This document shows, one piece after another, positions 11,701 to 25,200 of a DNA stretch of 64,000 nucleotides. Source of the stretch: Botryllus schlosseri (taxonomy: Eukaryota); contig CM119371.1 in assembly GCA_051294905.1 (NCBI GenBank), positions 27,590,001 to 27,654,000 on the forward strand, written 5' to 3'. Under the pieces are notes generated by a model that was not told the origin of the DNA, did no database searches, and saw only the letters and a list, made by a program, of their open reading frames with translations. Every line of letters begins with the position of its first letter. Position 1 is the stretch's first letter. Made by a program: the position numbers and the translations under genes.

Positions 11701-14700
11701 TGAATTCTACACTCTAGGAACGTAGTCCGTATTAGCAGTTAGCTCGAGCGTATAGTAAACCCTTACCAAAGAGGTGAATTGGCGGGAAGAATTAAAGGTA
11801 TTTATATTTTAATATAATGGCTGCTTTGAAATCTTGACGTGGTGGACATGCATACTGCAGTGTAGACAAGCAACGAATATTGTAGTCAAATGCTTCCGAC
11901 AGAAATTATCTTGCATGTGATCTAGAATTTTTTTATTCGTGAACCGGACAGTTAGTGGTTGATCAGGGGATCGCTACTCACCCCGATGGAAGTGATGCCA
12001 CACCCTTCGATATTACCTTATGTTCACATTTCGACTTTTCATTCCTGTGGCAATTTTGTAAGCTAAACTGATTGCAACATATTTAAAATATACAATTGTA
12101 CATACTACCGGACATAGAAGACATTTCCTGGGTTACAGCGCGAGCTATAGACTGCATGAGCATGTTAAATCCTTTTCTTTCGAAACAATGTTCAAGTTTG
12201 TTGACAGTGGGCGCATTGCTTATCTGGGGTTTAAATCAGGGATCACAAAGCAGGGCATTGCTCCGAAAATACCCAGTGATCTTTACATGATTCTGTCGGA
12301 TTTTCCGGATCAAATAAGACTGCTGAGGTATTTCATGATGCAACATGAGACTGAACTTATAAGAATTAACATCTGCTATGCCTACAGTGGCGTCGAGTAT
12401 GGATTTTGCAACCATAACGTAAGGTGTGTACCTTGCATATAGCATCGATAGAACTTGGTCAAATAAACCATCGCATTTTATCATGCTTGTTATCGAACGA
12501 CCATGTTCACGAAGATATTCATTCAGGCCAGTCTGCGATATGTTTTCAGTAATACTTGAGATAACTCAATTAGTACGCTTTTTGCTATCGTAATTACATC
12601 CATCGCAGTGATAGCTGAAAAGTATTTATCGCAAAATCTCAGTTGCCCTCAATGTAATAACAACTTTGATCGAACCACACAGAGAATAGAATAACTTTCA
12701 TCCAGCCTCACATCAGTCAACCTAAACAATTGGCTAGGTATTTCATCCTTAAAATTCCCGTGGAAAGTTCGTAGGGGTTCGCTTCCTCCCATTCTCTTCT
12801 ATTATGTTTGTAAAGTTTTCGACTCGTCCCGTATCCTATTAAAGTAACCCCCTTCGACTTCCCGATGATAGCTTTAGACTTGCCCTACAAGTTTCGTGTA
12901 GTGACGTTGGTGGTTGTGTATACTTCTCTACAGACTAAATACTATAATTATAACTTATGGATATGTAAAAAATAGAAAGCAAGAGAACGGAAACGAAAGA
13001 AGACTACAGGAATACATACACCATAGCTGAAGCAGCAGAGTCGTAGGTTTAGTCAAGGCTTGAGCTCACGACATGACATTGGATTGTTCAATTTCCGCAA
13101 TATCATAAATATACTACAAGCTATAGAAGTGACAAGCCCGTGTATCAATTTTAACATTTACCGGTAACTTGTAAGCATTCGTAATCGTCAGTAGGGTTTA
13201 TTGGTGATATCAGCCTATATTCAATTGGAATGGCAATAGCCAGCAAGTGTACTTTACAACTAGTAGGCCTATTTACATCCGGAATACGTGATTAAAGTAG
13301 ATAACTTCCACTATATCAATACGTATTTTACCGTTTTATTGCTCTCATTTCTCAGCCGAAATGCCTACAACGCTAACGTTTTCGAAGTTATTAAATCATA
13401 GACCTATACAGTAATCAACATTTGGAGGCTATTCGAGAAAGCTGTAATTCGTTTAATAGAGTAGCGGAAGATGAAGTAGTATACTCGGGTTTGAGTTTTC
13501 CAACATAAAACCGTATTGTGTTGTATTCCTTATGATCCACGGAATGGCACCAGTCTGGAGATATTTACCAGCGTAAAAACGAATATGAAGCTAAAGGATG
13601 AGAGTATTGCAATGCGCGATACCTGTATTTAAGTTTAGAATACAATGCTTTGGAGCCACGCATTCCACCCAGGGAAGAGAAGTTGAGGACACGGAATTAT
13701 AATTGCATCATTGCACGTAGCGATTAAGAAGTCATGTCTAGAGCAGTATTTCGCGTTTGCAGGCGCGTTTACAAATAATTTGTAATGTTAATTGCAGCAT
13801 TTATCAATCATTATAAGTTTGGAGATACCGAAAGATTGCAACTGGAATATTGGTTCCGAATTTTCGGTACTCAATCTACACATGTCTCATTTTTAGTCGA
13901 AATATTACTCTCAGTGCAGAGTGAGGTGCATCATGTTGTTGTATAAAAAAACGGAATTATACGCGGAATTGATTAGCAAATTTAAAATTAACATCGCTCG
14001 ATATCAGATAGTGTCAATAACATCTTTTTAAATACGATGGATATAAGTTTATGTGTAAATCAATTGAAATGTTACGATAAAGGTCCGGAAAGCCCGAAGT
14101 AACTCGACCATACAGTCTGTAAAACTGACTGTGACGAGGTGGGGAAATTAGCAGGGTACCGATCGGTAGAAAACGGTATCGGGTGTATTGTAGGCATATC
14201 GCACATATATTGTCACATTATCTAAAGATATCTTAAGGGGATTTCAAGAGCGAACCGAGTGAGATCTGAGAAATACGAGAGTAGGTAATGAGAAACTATC
14301 TCTTTGTTTGAGAGAGAAGAAATCGCTATCTATAGATAGTCATGCAGCAGTGTAAGTAGAACCATAATGAATTTATGTCCGACTGTAATGAGTAATATAA
14401 ACCTGCCTAATCTTTAAATAAGTTTGCTACGCTTTGTACTTGGCGAGATTTCAAGTATAAGATACAGTGGAGCCTGTTTAGTGGATTTATTGTACGTTGC
14501 TGTGCTGTGCTTCAGGTAAAGGTGGCGTCTGAGGCTGTGTTACGTCGTCTATAATTAGCTCAGACGCCGGGTATGATATCATCAGATAGTAAATGACGAT
14601 GTGAATAATCATCAGTTGAGGAACATCCCCCGACGTGGCGTGCTGCATACGCTGTGCTAATCGAATGTACCACGTCGTCAATACGTATTTGCACTGCATT

Positions 14701-14843
14701 GCCGCGGTACTGTGTACTGTTTTCATGGCAAACACTGCACAGTGCACACTTTATCATGCTACTTGGCTGGAGCGAGGCAAATGCAATGAGATCGAATGTG
14801 TATAGTGAGTCAAGTTGCAGTGCTAATAATATGGTAATAAGTA

Positions 14844-15455
14844 TAGGGCAAGTTTTTGCAACTCTATCAACTTTTTACAGCTTCCAGCAGCTCCCTAAAT
14901 ACTAAGAAGTCATGTAGTGTGGTGTTTTAGGCTGTTTGGGAGAATCTTAAATTGTAACTTATTGCAACTTTTGTCCATATTTTCAAGCAGCTTTTGGCAG
15001 CTTTTTCGATTTTTCATGCAACTTTTTGTAACTTTTTTCCATTTTCCATGCAACTTTTGGCAAGTATTTCCGATTTTTCATGAAACTAACTTTTTACTGG
15101 AAATATTTGGTACCATATGTAAATAGATTTGCTTGATTATTTCACTGTCTTTTAAATTTGAGGTTCTTTCTGATTTAACGTACATTCTGGGTTGAACGCC
15201 GAAAATTATATTTCCCCTGGATCAATTATTCTAGGCTATTGATTTTGTTGAAGTCGCCAACACTGAGTTTTTCTACAATGCCTTCGATACGAATTGATTC
15301 GAGTTTCTCATTCCCTAATAGTTTCAAGAAACTTGTCCTTAAATGTACCTTTTTAGAGCAACTTTTGTGAAAGATAAATGCAACTTTTTACTACAACTTT
15401 TATGGAAAATAAGTGCAACTTTTCACGTATTTGGCTGCAACAAAAACTTGATCCA
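14844..15455. mobile_element. Old hAT-type MITE family V upstream of paralog 1
   Basis: Left end TAGGGCAAGTTT; internal TGCAACTTTT repeats; right end eroded. Defined by the better-preserved copy at 40935-41497. Confidence 0.6.
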
Positions 15456-15828
15456 AGAGGTTGCTTGTTTCTCTGAGAGTAATTGATACAGACAATTGCC
15501 CTTGGGTAATTGGTAACGGCCGTAATCGTGATGTATATTATCGACAATAGTGTACTTCAACTTCAGCGATAAATGAGCCATTATAAAATTAGCACTATTT
15601 ATTTGTTGACGGTGTCTCTCTCCAAGTGCAAGGGATAATGTAGGCTACTCTACTGGAAGTACCGCCTAAAGCTTAATTAAAATAAGTTGTGAGATCTCAA
15701 ACGGCTGCAGCAAATGGCGGTGGTTCGGTGAGGCAGATTACTTGAGGATCTAAGCATTATGGAATTACAGCGGGAGCATGCTATGACTGTTGATTTCCAA
15801 TTTCGCAGATCGCTAGGCCCGCTACGTC

Positions 15829-18800
15829 ATGAATTCCTGTGACCAGTTCCGGTTATTATCTATATTTATTGTTTTGCACTTGTGGGTCGCCAGGGCGCTT
15901 GCAACGAGTTTGAAATGCACCGAGTAAGATATCTTTAACGTTAAATGATGTTTGTGTGCATGTGCAATGCTTATCTCGTTATATAATCTAAATATCGAAT
16001 CTAAGAGCAAACGTAGTCGGCATGCGGTATGAGGTCATGCTGTGATCTATATTACGTTGGATTCATATACCCATTGTCCATGAGGAGCAGCGGTTCCCAA
16101 CCTTTTCCACCCACGTACCACTTCGAGGTTTTATGCAGTGCTCGCGTACCACCTACATGAGTTACGCGTTACGAAGGTTGTCAAAAATGTTCCCACCGTG
16201 TACAGCTGCCGAAGGCAGCGAAATAGACAACATACTGCATATTTTAAGGCGCAGTATGTGATTTCTGTAGTAGATCCATTTGGAATTTTTGTGGTAAAAT
16301 ATATTAAAACGAAATTTGGTTAGGTAAGAATCCCATTGCTTTACGGCTAGATGTGTTCCCCGTAGGCCGTCATGGGTGGGATCGCCCCTACCAACGACGA
16401 CGACGGCTTCGGAAACTCAAAATCTACCCCACCTGAACTAATAACTTCCTCCGGTCGAAAAACAAAACAGATTCTACTCGCATACCCTCTGGAAGACCTT
16501 CGCGTACCACCAGTGGTACGCGTATCACAGGTTGGGAACCACTGATGTAGAGCATGTGAGAACTACATAGTTCGCAACTCTGTAACAGTTTAACACCTGA
16601 TGTATTTTTGTGAGTAACTAATTATATGATATTGCCGGCTGCTGCAATCACGTTGCATGAGGCATTGCTACAACATGAATAATGAAACGTAGCAATCGCC
16701 GTCATGCTGCATGCTGCAAAGTATTTCAGATTTCTGACAGATCGTGAATGATACTGAAAGTTAGTTTTGGAACATAAGCAATACTGTACGTCCAATTATT
16801 GAAATCATCAGCTTTGTGGGCATTTTGAAAATGTCTCGGCGTTCCAGACTTGCAAGACTACGTTTAGATTTAGGTGAATGGTTAATGTCAATTTGTCCGT
16901 TTTGTATAAGGCACTTGCAGTGTCTCATATCGTTGTATTCTATTTTCGTCTCATAGTAAAGACCCGAGGGAGAAGCTATTCCCCGCCGAATGCATGCAAG
17001 GTGGAGACCTCGTGCTCTGGTGCTACCAATCGACGCACAAGAGTATTCCGGATCCGGATACCGTCTACAAACACAAGAAATGCCGAAATTCAGTCGCCCT
17101 GCACATTGAAGACAATTGCCTTGAGAAAATATCAAAACGTGAGACGTAATCTTACTTCTGTGGCTGTATGTCCCTTGTACTGCGGGACTAATCGCTTTAG
17201 CGAGCGTAGTGCGCCTTTGTTGTGTAGTAAATTGAAATTGTTCCCAGTTAAATCAATGACTTGCCTATTTTCGCAAATGACAGTCATGGTGTTGTGATAT
17301 CTTCTGTTAACTCGTAAAGTTGGTCGTAAGCTCAACACCTTTCTAGTCAGAATTTAGTTGAATTCGTGCTTTCGGCACCTTGAGTATATTGTATGCTCAA
17401 AATGCATCTCCCCGAACCACACCAATGTCCTTGAAATCAAAATAAACAGGGTAGAGCGCGATAATGGAATTAATATTTTACCAATACCATACATCAACAA
17501 AGGTAATCCGTATCACGACTATTATTCAGATAAGATTCACAATATTTGCTATAGGAAGAAATAGTAAAGATGTGTTTGCTCATTGATGTTTGGGTTTTAC
17601 GCTGAATGCGGAACTTATCATCCATCGATACGTTCGCATCGAAAGTCGAAGTCCCCTCGACCGTATAAGCTACCTAGGCAAATATCAAGTTTGCATTTTC
17701 ACATTTTTAACAAGTTCGCCTTACACCTATCTCGTTAAACTATATATTAGATGTGGTGTGCTGAGATCAACACGACAAGAAGTTCAACGAATTTAAACAA
17801 CTCTAAAAAAACAATGGCATTCACGATGATAACATCTTATGGACAGGATACAGATAGCCTGCCATTTGGTGTTTTGCATAGAATACGGTACAAAATACAT
17901 GACTGATAGACGGAGGTGGTCAGTAACGAAGTACTTTCACTTTTTGGAAGTACTCAAGTAGTTTACCTCTACTTCTGGTACATACTCAAGTAGATCTGAT
18001 TTTCTCTACTTCTACTTCTACTTGTGTGTGTGTGTGTCTCACGATACCATGCGATATCTTGGCATGTGACACTTGAACACTTGGATGACTGCAACAGTTG
18101 GGTTAGCGGTAGATTTAGGGCAAATTTCGGGTTAGAGTAATAGTTGTGTGTGGATGTGAAGTCATATGCTGAAGTGTTGCGTGCTTATGTTTAGTTATTC
18201 ACTGCGTCGCATGATCAAATGTCGTGAGAGTAGCCTCAAAAGGACTGCTCAACGTAACTGGCTATGGTGGAAATTATAAAATTTTATGGTCCCGCGATAA
18301 TGCGATGCCGAAGACGGGCGGGCGCGATCATTTTCAAAAATCTCGTGAACAAAGAAGGATTTCAATGACTGGTGAAAGTGTTTCGTACATTCGTGTGATG
18401 TGTGTCGCCCTAGGCCAGCGGTTCTCAACCGGGGGTCTGCGTCGCATTTTCAGGGGGTCCGCGAAGCCTAAAAATAGTTTATAACTTAATTTGTATTTTT
18501 TTAAATTCGGAAAATCACTAGGGAGTTTCGCTTCATTACTAGTAAAACTCCAGTGCTCAAATCAACAGAATGGCCTTCTGAGATGAAATATCTTACTGTG
18601 CAGCAGTGCGGAGTATGGACCGGAGCCCGATTGGATATCCGGCCAGATTTTTTCAATTTTGGCCGGACCGGATCGGAGCCGGATCAGTACTTTTTCTGAC
18701 ACGGCCGGAGCCGGATCAGTACCTTTTTTGATTAGGCCAGAAGTCAACCCAATTTCTACATGACTCGTATGATCGTAATTTCAGGAAAATGATTTTGTTG

Positions 18801-21800
18801 CTGTTTATCACTCAGCCTACAGTTATCATTTGCACAAGACATATATGACGATTGCACGATAATTGATCCAAATTTGAACTAAAACTTCGTGGGGGTCAGC
18901 GGGTCCATGACGGTCTCGAAGGGGCCCGCGAAGACAAAAATGTGGAGAACCACTGCCCTGGGCGGTGTTGCTATGGAAGTCGATATTCGCCGTCCATCCT
19001 TAGAGCACTCACACCCACAACCGTGTTCATCGACTTGTCGCGCTCGACTGACGTTTGCAGCAGTCCTGCGAGACTAGCGTATCGTTCTGTAACTTTAAAG
19101 GTAAACAGATATGTCGCAGCCAACATTGTCTGCTGTGAGCGAGAGCACAGTTTCTGATATGAGGTGATGTCGCCAGCGTCATCCTGTTGTGGCGGGCCCT
19201 TGTGTATTTCCCGCCATTCGACCGTTTCTTTATGCGACAATGACTGATTCTTTAATAGCAGATCTCATATTTCGTAGCATACTATGTAATACACATCATA
19301 TCTAAATCTTTCCTATGAGTAAGCTGTTATTCCGCAAAACACAGTTGACTGAGATTAGAAGTCTGCTTCTGTGATAACATATGACGCGGTCTGCCCGTTT
19401 CCGGAGGGCTAGTTATAAATATTGTTATTTAACATACGTTTTGAGCATGAAGGAATTGAATAAATCTGCAGAACGCTGCGACAGTTCTGCATTGTTATTT
19501 TCCATTATGTTGACCGGTAAAGTCCGATATGGATTTCCCAGAACAAATGCGCCTTTACCGCTTTAGTGTACCGAGCTTATTGTAACGACTTCGAAGGACG
19601 CTAGTATTGTTTATTATATCCTTAATGAAAGTAGGCGGGTACTCCAATGCCCATGGTTCTGCTTTACGGGGAGGGATGTATATGAAATCAGACTCAACAC
19701 CTTTACTGCATTCGGTCGCGTAATGGCGTAAGGCGACAATAGATGGATCCAATAAGACCTCGCAATTAGACACAACGCCGCTGGCATGCATGCTAATGCG
19801 AGGATGAAACGTCACAATAAATTACTTGCTCACGAATATCCTTAAGGCATGGCAGAAAGTAGTTTATACAGTTTACCTAACTATAGGCGAAACTGTTTTG
19901 TAATAATTGATGTATCTATTTCTATCTATTTTCTATTTTGACGGATACTAGTCGCAACGCGTCTTTTGAGAATTATACACCAAGTATAGCGGCATGTATG
20001 ATCTTAGTTGATTATAATTACTGAATCCGAACCCGTTCTTCCGCAGACGAAATCAAGAAATACCCGAACATCACGAAGCTCAACTGCGCGTTGAACTTGA
20101 TCAAAACCATCGAAGCATTCACGTTCAGTGGCAACGAAAAGTTACGTGCTCTGGATTTAAGCGGGAATCGAATCAAAGGAATTCAGCCAAGCGCGTTTGA
20201 TGGTAAGCTCCTTGCAATAGCTGGACTGACTGGGCGTGGTTTTATGCCAGCGATGATATCCACAATTTTTTTAGGTAGCCCAGGAAATGAATCAACTATC
20301 TGCAATATTTTAAAATGTTTCATTCATTTCCCATCGTCCGAGTTGCAATAGCATTAAACTGCACCCTACCTTCGTGTTCAAACAAGCAATGGCATTTCCA
20401 TTATTCGCGAGATTGTATTGTCGCAGATATATCCGTTTGAGATAGAGAAATTATTTTGTCCCACACCCGTACAAGACCTTTTTTGACCATGATTGCATCG
20501 CCAACCGTTGCTCCGCACACTTGAGAATGTATATGGTAAAATTGTTCTCGGATCATATGAATTTGAAATGTTACGATTTCAGGGTTAGCAAGGCTCGAAT
20601 ATTTAAACCTCATCAACAACCGCATAAGTCATATATCTTCGACAATGTTCACCGACCTTGCGTCGCTAAAGGAGCTGTCGCTGCAGGGGAATAGGCTGCA
20701 AGTTTTGCGATCGAGTTCGTTCTACTTCTTGAAAAATTTGAAAGTGCTGAACCTGAGTGGTGAGTGAACTCTGCTTATTCACTCAGTCAAGAATCGTATA
20801 TCGGTCGGTTTCCATCGCATACGTTAATTCATGTCGGGATATATCCCAGGGATGAAGTTAGTACCACGCCTGTACGGTGGTAGTACAAACTCCATTCCTT
20901 TACATTCAAGTTGTGCAGTACAGTGAGTTGAAATATGGTATACATCATAATGTCAACGTACTTTACCGCTGCAGGGGAACTTTCGACGTATTATTTTGTG
21001 TCTATCACTATCGGAGTTGAGTGCCACAAGGCTCAGTCCTCGTACCGACTTTTTTCCTCGTTTATATTACCGACATTGTTAATGCATCTTTATTCCGCAC
21101 AACGCTATTTGCTGATGATACTCACCTCTTCATAACCTCCAACACTGTCAATGATTTGCACGCCTCCGTAAATAGGGAACTCACAAAAGTGTCGAGATGG
21201 CTGCAAGCAAACAAAGTAAGTTTGAATGCAGATAAGACCGAGATGCTCCTTTTAAATAAGGCCCATCATAGTTTCACTGTGAACATCAATCATAAAAAAA
21301 TCTCCATATGTGACTCAGCAAAATATCTCGGTGTCACCATTGATGCCAAAATGTCTTGCAAGCAGCATATTGAATGCACAATATCAAAACTAGCCCGGTG
21401 TGTGGGAATAGTGACCCGTCTACAATCTTTGGTTTCCAGATCAATACTACGAACTATCGATTTCTCTCTTTTCCACTCTCACCTGAAATATGGAATCGTA
21501 GTATGGGGAAGGGCATGCACAACATTTCTGTGCAGAATTCGAAGCCTGCAAAACCGTGCGATACGGCTGATCTCATCTGTACCTTTACGTATCAAACTAT
21601 CGCGTTACTACCGTAAGCACCGACTTTTGCAAATTGACGACCTATATCGCTTCGAAGTATCAAAAGTCATTCCTAAATATGTTCCAATAGTTTGTCTCCT
21701 GTGTTTGATGACTTTTTCATGCCTGCAACAAATTTCCACTCCCATTACACGAGATCCTCGTCTAAAGGAAATATCTGCTTACCCCTACCCAATAGCAACC

Positions 21801-22190
21801 TAACTAAGAGGTGCATCGACTACTCGGGACCTATCATCTGGAATGCGTTACCACCACATATCGGTGAATTGCATTATAATAGATTCAAAAAAGCCCTACT
21901 TGATCACCTCTTGTCGTTACACTAACACTGTTGCCCTACCTCGCCCAGACATTGCTTCATTGATCCTTTGCTACCATCGTTTAATTTTCTTCTATTTTAT
22001 TTTTTTCAACTACCGTAACATTTAGACTGTTTAGAGTCACGTGCACCTGTTCGATGCTGGTGTGATCTGACTAGATGACCTTCACGGGCTTATCGATCAT
22101 TCCTATCTAATACTGCATAATGCGCATGCATATTTTCTGTACGACCACCACTGCCGTGTGTTATGTATTTTGGTTTGATGAAAATAAAGA

Positions 22191-22221
<31 letters not shown>

Positions 22222-25200
22222 CTCGACCGCTGTTTAGTTACCAAACAATTTGCATTCATGACTGTCAGGTACCCTTTAATCTGCGAATAAGTAACCGAAT
22301 CCGTAAAGTTCCGTCTATTTGCAGGCAACAAAATAAGTCACATTCAACCAAAGGCGTTTTCGAACCTGAAGAATTTAGAGCGGTTGCACCTCGACGGAAA
22401 CGAATTGCACAAGCTCGACCAAGATCTATTTTCCTACACCCCGAATTTGCAGGTGTTGACGCTTTCCTACAACTCGTTCACTGCTGTTCCTTTATTTTCA
22501 ATGGTAAGTAAGGATACGATATTTTAAAGAAGTCATAGCCATCCAAAAATTATACACCTGATCATTTCAATTATCATTTCCTTGCAGAATACCCTATGGA
22601 ATCTTCACACGTTAAATCTGGCGCACAATCTGTTGGAAGAGCTGACGATGGCACCCATGTCCAACCTCTCTAAACTACAGTAAGTATATAATGCTCAATT
22701 ACAGTTCCGTAAATTCATCATTCGTTGGTCGTAAACCGTGCCGAATGTAGCACAGCCGTTAGGTGTGAGATATGAGCAAGGATGTTTAAAGACATGAATA
22801 CCAATATTTAGCCATATTCAAATCTGATTTGATGTGAGATGTATGCTCACGTGGATTGCGTTTGGATTGAGACATTCAGCTGATGAATGAATTTGTCTCG
22901 GTCTTAGACCTGAGCTTAGATTTAAGCACGAAAATAATGAATTTAGGCCACAGACTTGTAATCAGGGTTAGGGTTTTAAAACATATCGGCTCAACCATGA
23001 TAGCAGTATATACGTAAATATTAATAGCTAGTGTTTCAGTAAGTGGGCGAATTTAGGAACGCAACCAAGCCCTAAGATTGTCGTGTCAAGAGTCGGAGAC
23101 AGATCCATATTCTACAGTTAGATCCTTCGTATATGCCGGAGTTTATCGGTCGTACTAACTTGGCAGAATCGGTCTTACACTCCCTTCTTCGTTTCAGAAA
23201 TCTCTCTTTGCAAAACAATTCGATACTCTCGATACCAGAGGACGCATTTCACCGTATGCCTCTTTTGCGATACTTGAATTTGTCCTCAAACCGCATGGAA
23301 GACATTGGAGAGTGCGCCTTCTGCCACAACTGGTAAGTAGCCGTGGCAAGTTACTCCATTACTTCAAGCTTCTCTCTACTGCGCCGCGATATCATGTCCC
23401 GTCTCTTGATATTCACATCGTTTAAAAGCACACGCAGTTCTTTCACCTCACAAATGTGTTCCAGTCAGACCGTGATTTTAGTCATGGCTCTTAATACGTC
23501 AAAAACTATACGTGTAAGACGATACCAATTCTCTTCACTCTTCTTGAAGACCGTGACTATCCCTGGATGATTACGACAGTAGGATGTGGTCTTGTGCTAC
23601 AATTTATGACGTGTATAGTCACCGAAAAATTTTGAAGTGCTAATAAACGGTTCCATACTATTACCGAGAATGCTATCATCGAGATGGACATTACCGAGTA
23701 TGCTATTACCGAGAATGCTATTACCGAGATGGACATTACCGAGTATGCTATTACCGAGAATGGACATTACCGAGAGCGGACAGTACCGAGAATGGACATT
23801 ACCGAGAACGGACATTACCGAGAATGGACATTACCGAGAATGGCCTATACCAAGAATCTGGCTTAATGTAACGGACGTTGTCGAGAAATTTATACCTGAG
23901 AATCGATTCCGAATGTGGCAACGCCGTGATGCACACATACGACCTGTTCATATGCATAACATGCCTGCATTGCATATATTGCATTCTCGGTAACGTCCAT
24001 TCTCGGTGGTGTCTATTCTCGGTAATGTCCATTCTCGGTATTGTCCATTCTCGGTAATGTCCATTCTCGGTATTGTCCTTCTCGGTAATAGCATTCTCGG
24101 TAATAGCATTCTCGGTATTGACCGGACACCCTAATAAACATATCTTTACGCGATTCTTATATACGGAGGCCCTTCCAAACATAAGAATAAGAATGTTAAT
24201 ATACATGCTAAATACACTGGCATACGACACATTCTACTATGCAGTTATAGCATTCTGAAAACCTGTGTTCACAGAGCATTCTTAGATACCAAGACCCAAT
24301 TACGGAGTTTCAAACCTGGTACCAATACTAGGTGGTGTGTGTCAAATTATGAATTTGCCGAATAAAATTCATTCCAACCATATTCTCTGGAAGTCCACCA
24401 TTGATCGGAATGATGTGAGATAGTCGACCTTTTTATACACTATTATTATTCTGATAACCGAATAACATCCTATCATAGGTTACCTGGTTAACACAATATG
24501 TCCTGTTCTGTAGCAATCTGGAAGTGCTGAGCTTGAGCAACAACGCTTTGAAGACACCTCACCCGCAATGGTTCACGTCTTTGATTGACCACGACGCCTT
24601 CAACGGAACTGAAATTCATGGAAACGAATGGAAGTGCGATTGCGAAACCATACAGTTCTACGTAAGTTAATATCTTTGCTGGTACATCTTCGCGGATGAC
24701 GCAACAGGACTATTGATAACACAAATACGTGCAATTTTCGTATATATCTTCAGCCACCTTGATACTGAGGCTCTTTCGAACACTTTCGACAATTTCACTC
24801 ATAAGAGAGACGTAATCATGTACGATTAACTTTGCACGTGGTGCACCAGACCTTTATCGGTGATATGCGCCACTTTTTTTTACCATCTATAATAATAATA
24901 ATAATGTAAATACTACTTTATACTTGATACATGCAAAATCTTCGGATTAAGTCCCTCTGCCTGAAAAAAACTATCAAGTAGACGTGAATGTGTACTCATA
25001 ACAGAATCAATTGAGTATATCGTGCAGTTAAGCAAAACCCTGTTGAGAAAACTCCGAAAAAATGGAAGTAGATTACTTTGATATAGTGATCACTTTATAT
25101 CACTGATGTAATTACCTTATCTTGAATAGTAAACCAACTGTGGTTGATGACTGAAACTACCAACATTTATACAGCCCGTTTTTCCTCGAATTACACCGTT

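Noticed and set aside
11947-12030. GQLVVDQGIATHP...FDITLCSH resembles the Argonaute PIWI motif GTVVD..ITHP..DFYLCSH
   Set aside because: The spacing is off by several residues, the downstream PIWI motifs are absent, and the possible donor is not kept in unit 2. Treated as coincidence unless a profile search says otherwise.
23649-24130. CRISPR-like appearance of regular short repeats (also 2133-2330, 5500-5640, 58450-58720)
   Set aside because: No unique spacers of constant length, no cas genes and a eukaryotic context. These are TE subterminal or foldback repeats.
23597-24258. Several ORFs in the track (23597-23815, 23637-23993, 23799-24230 etc.)
   Set aside because: They are produced by the minisatellite of the foldback element.
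16957-24661. VLR- or Dscam-like modular LRR cassette shuffling or alternative exons
   Set aside because: Exon lengths are not multiples of 72 nt, introns fall at different LRR positions, and no spare LRR cassettes were found in the introns or flanks.
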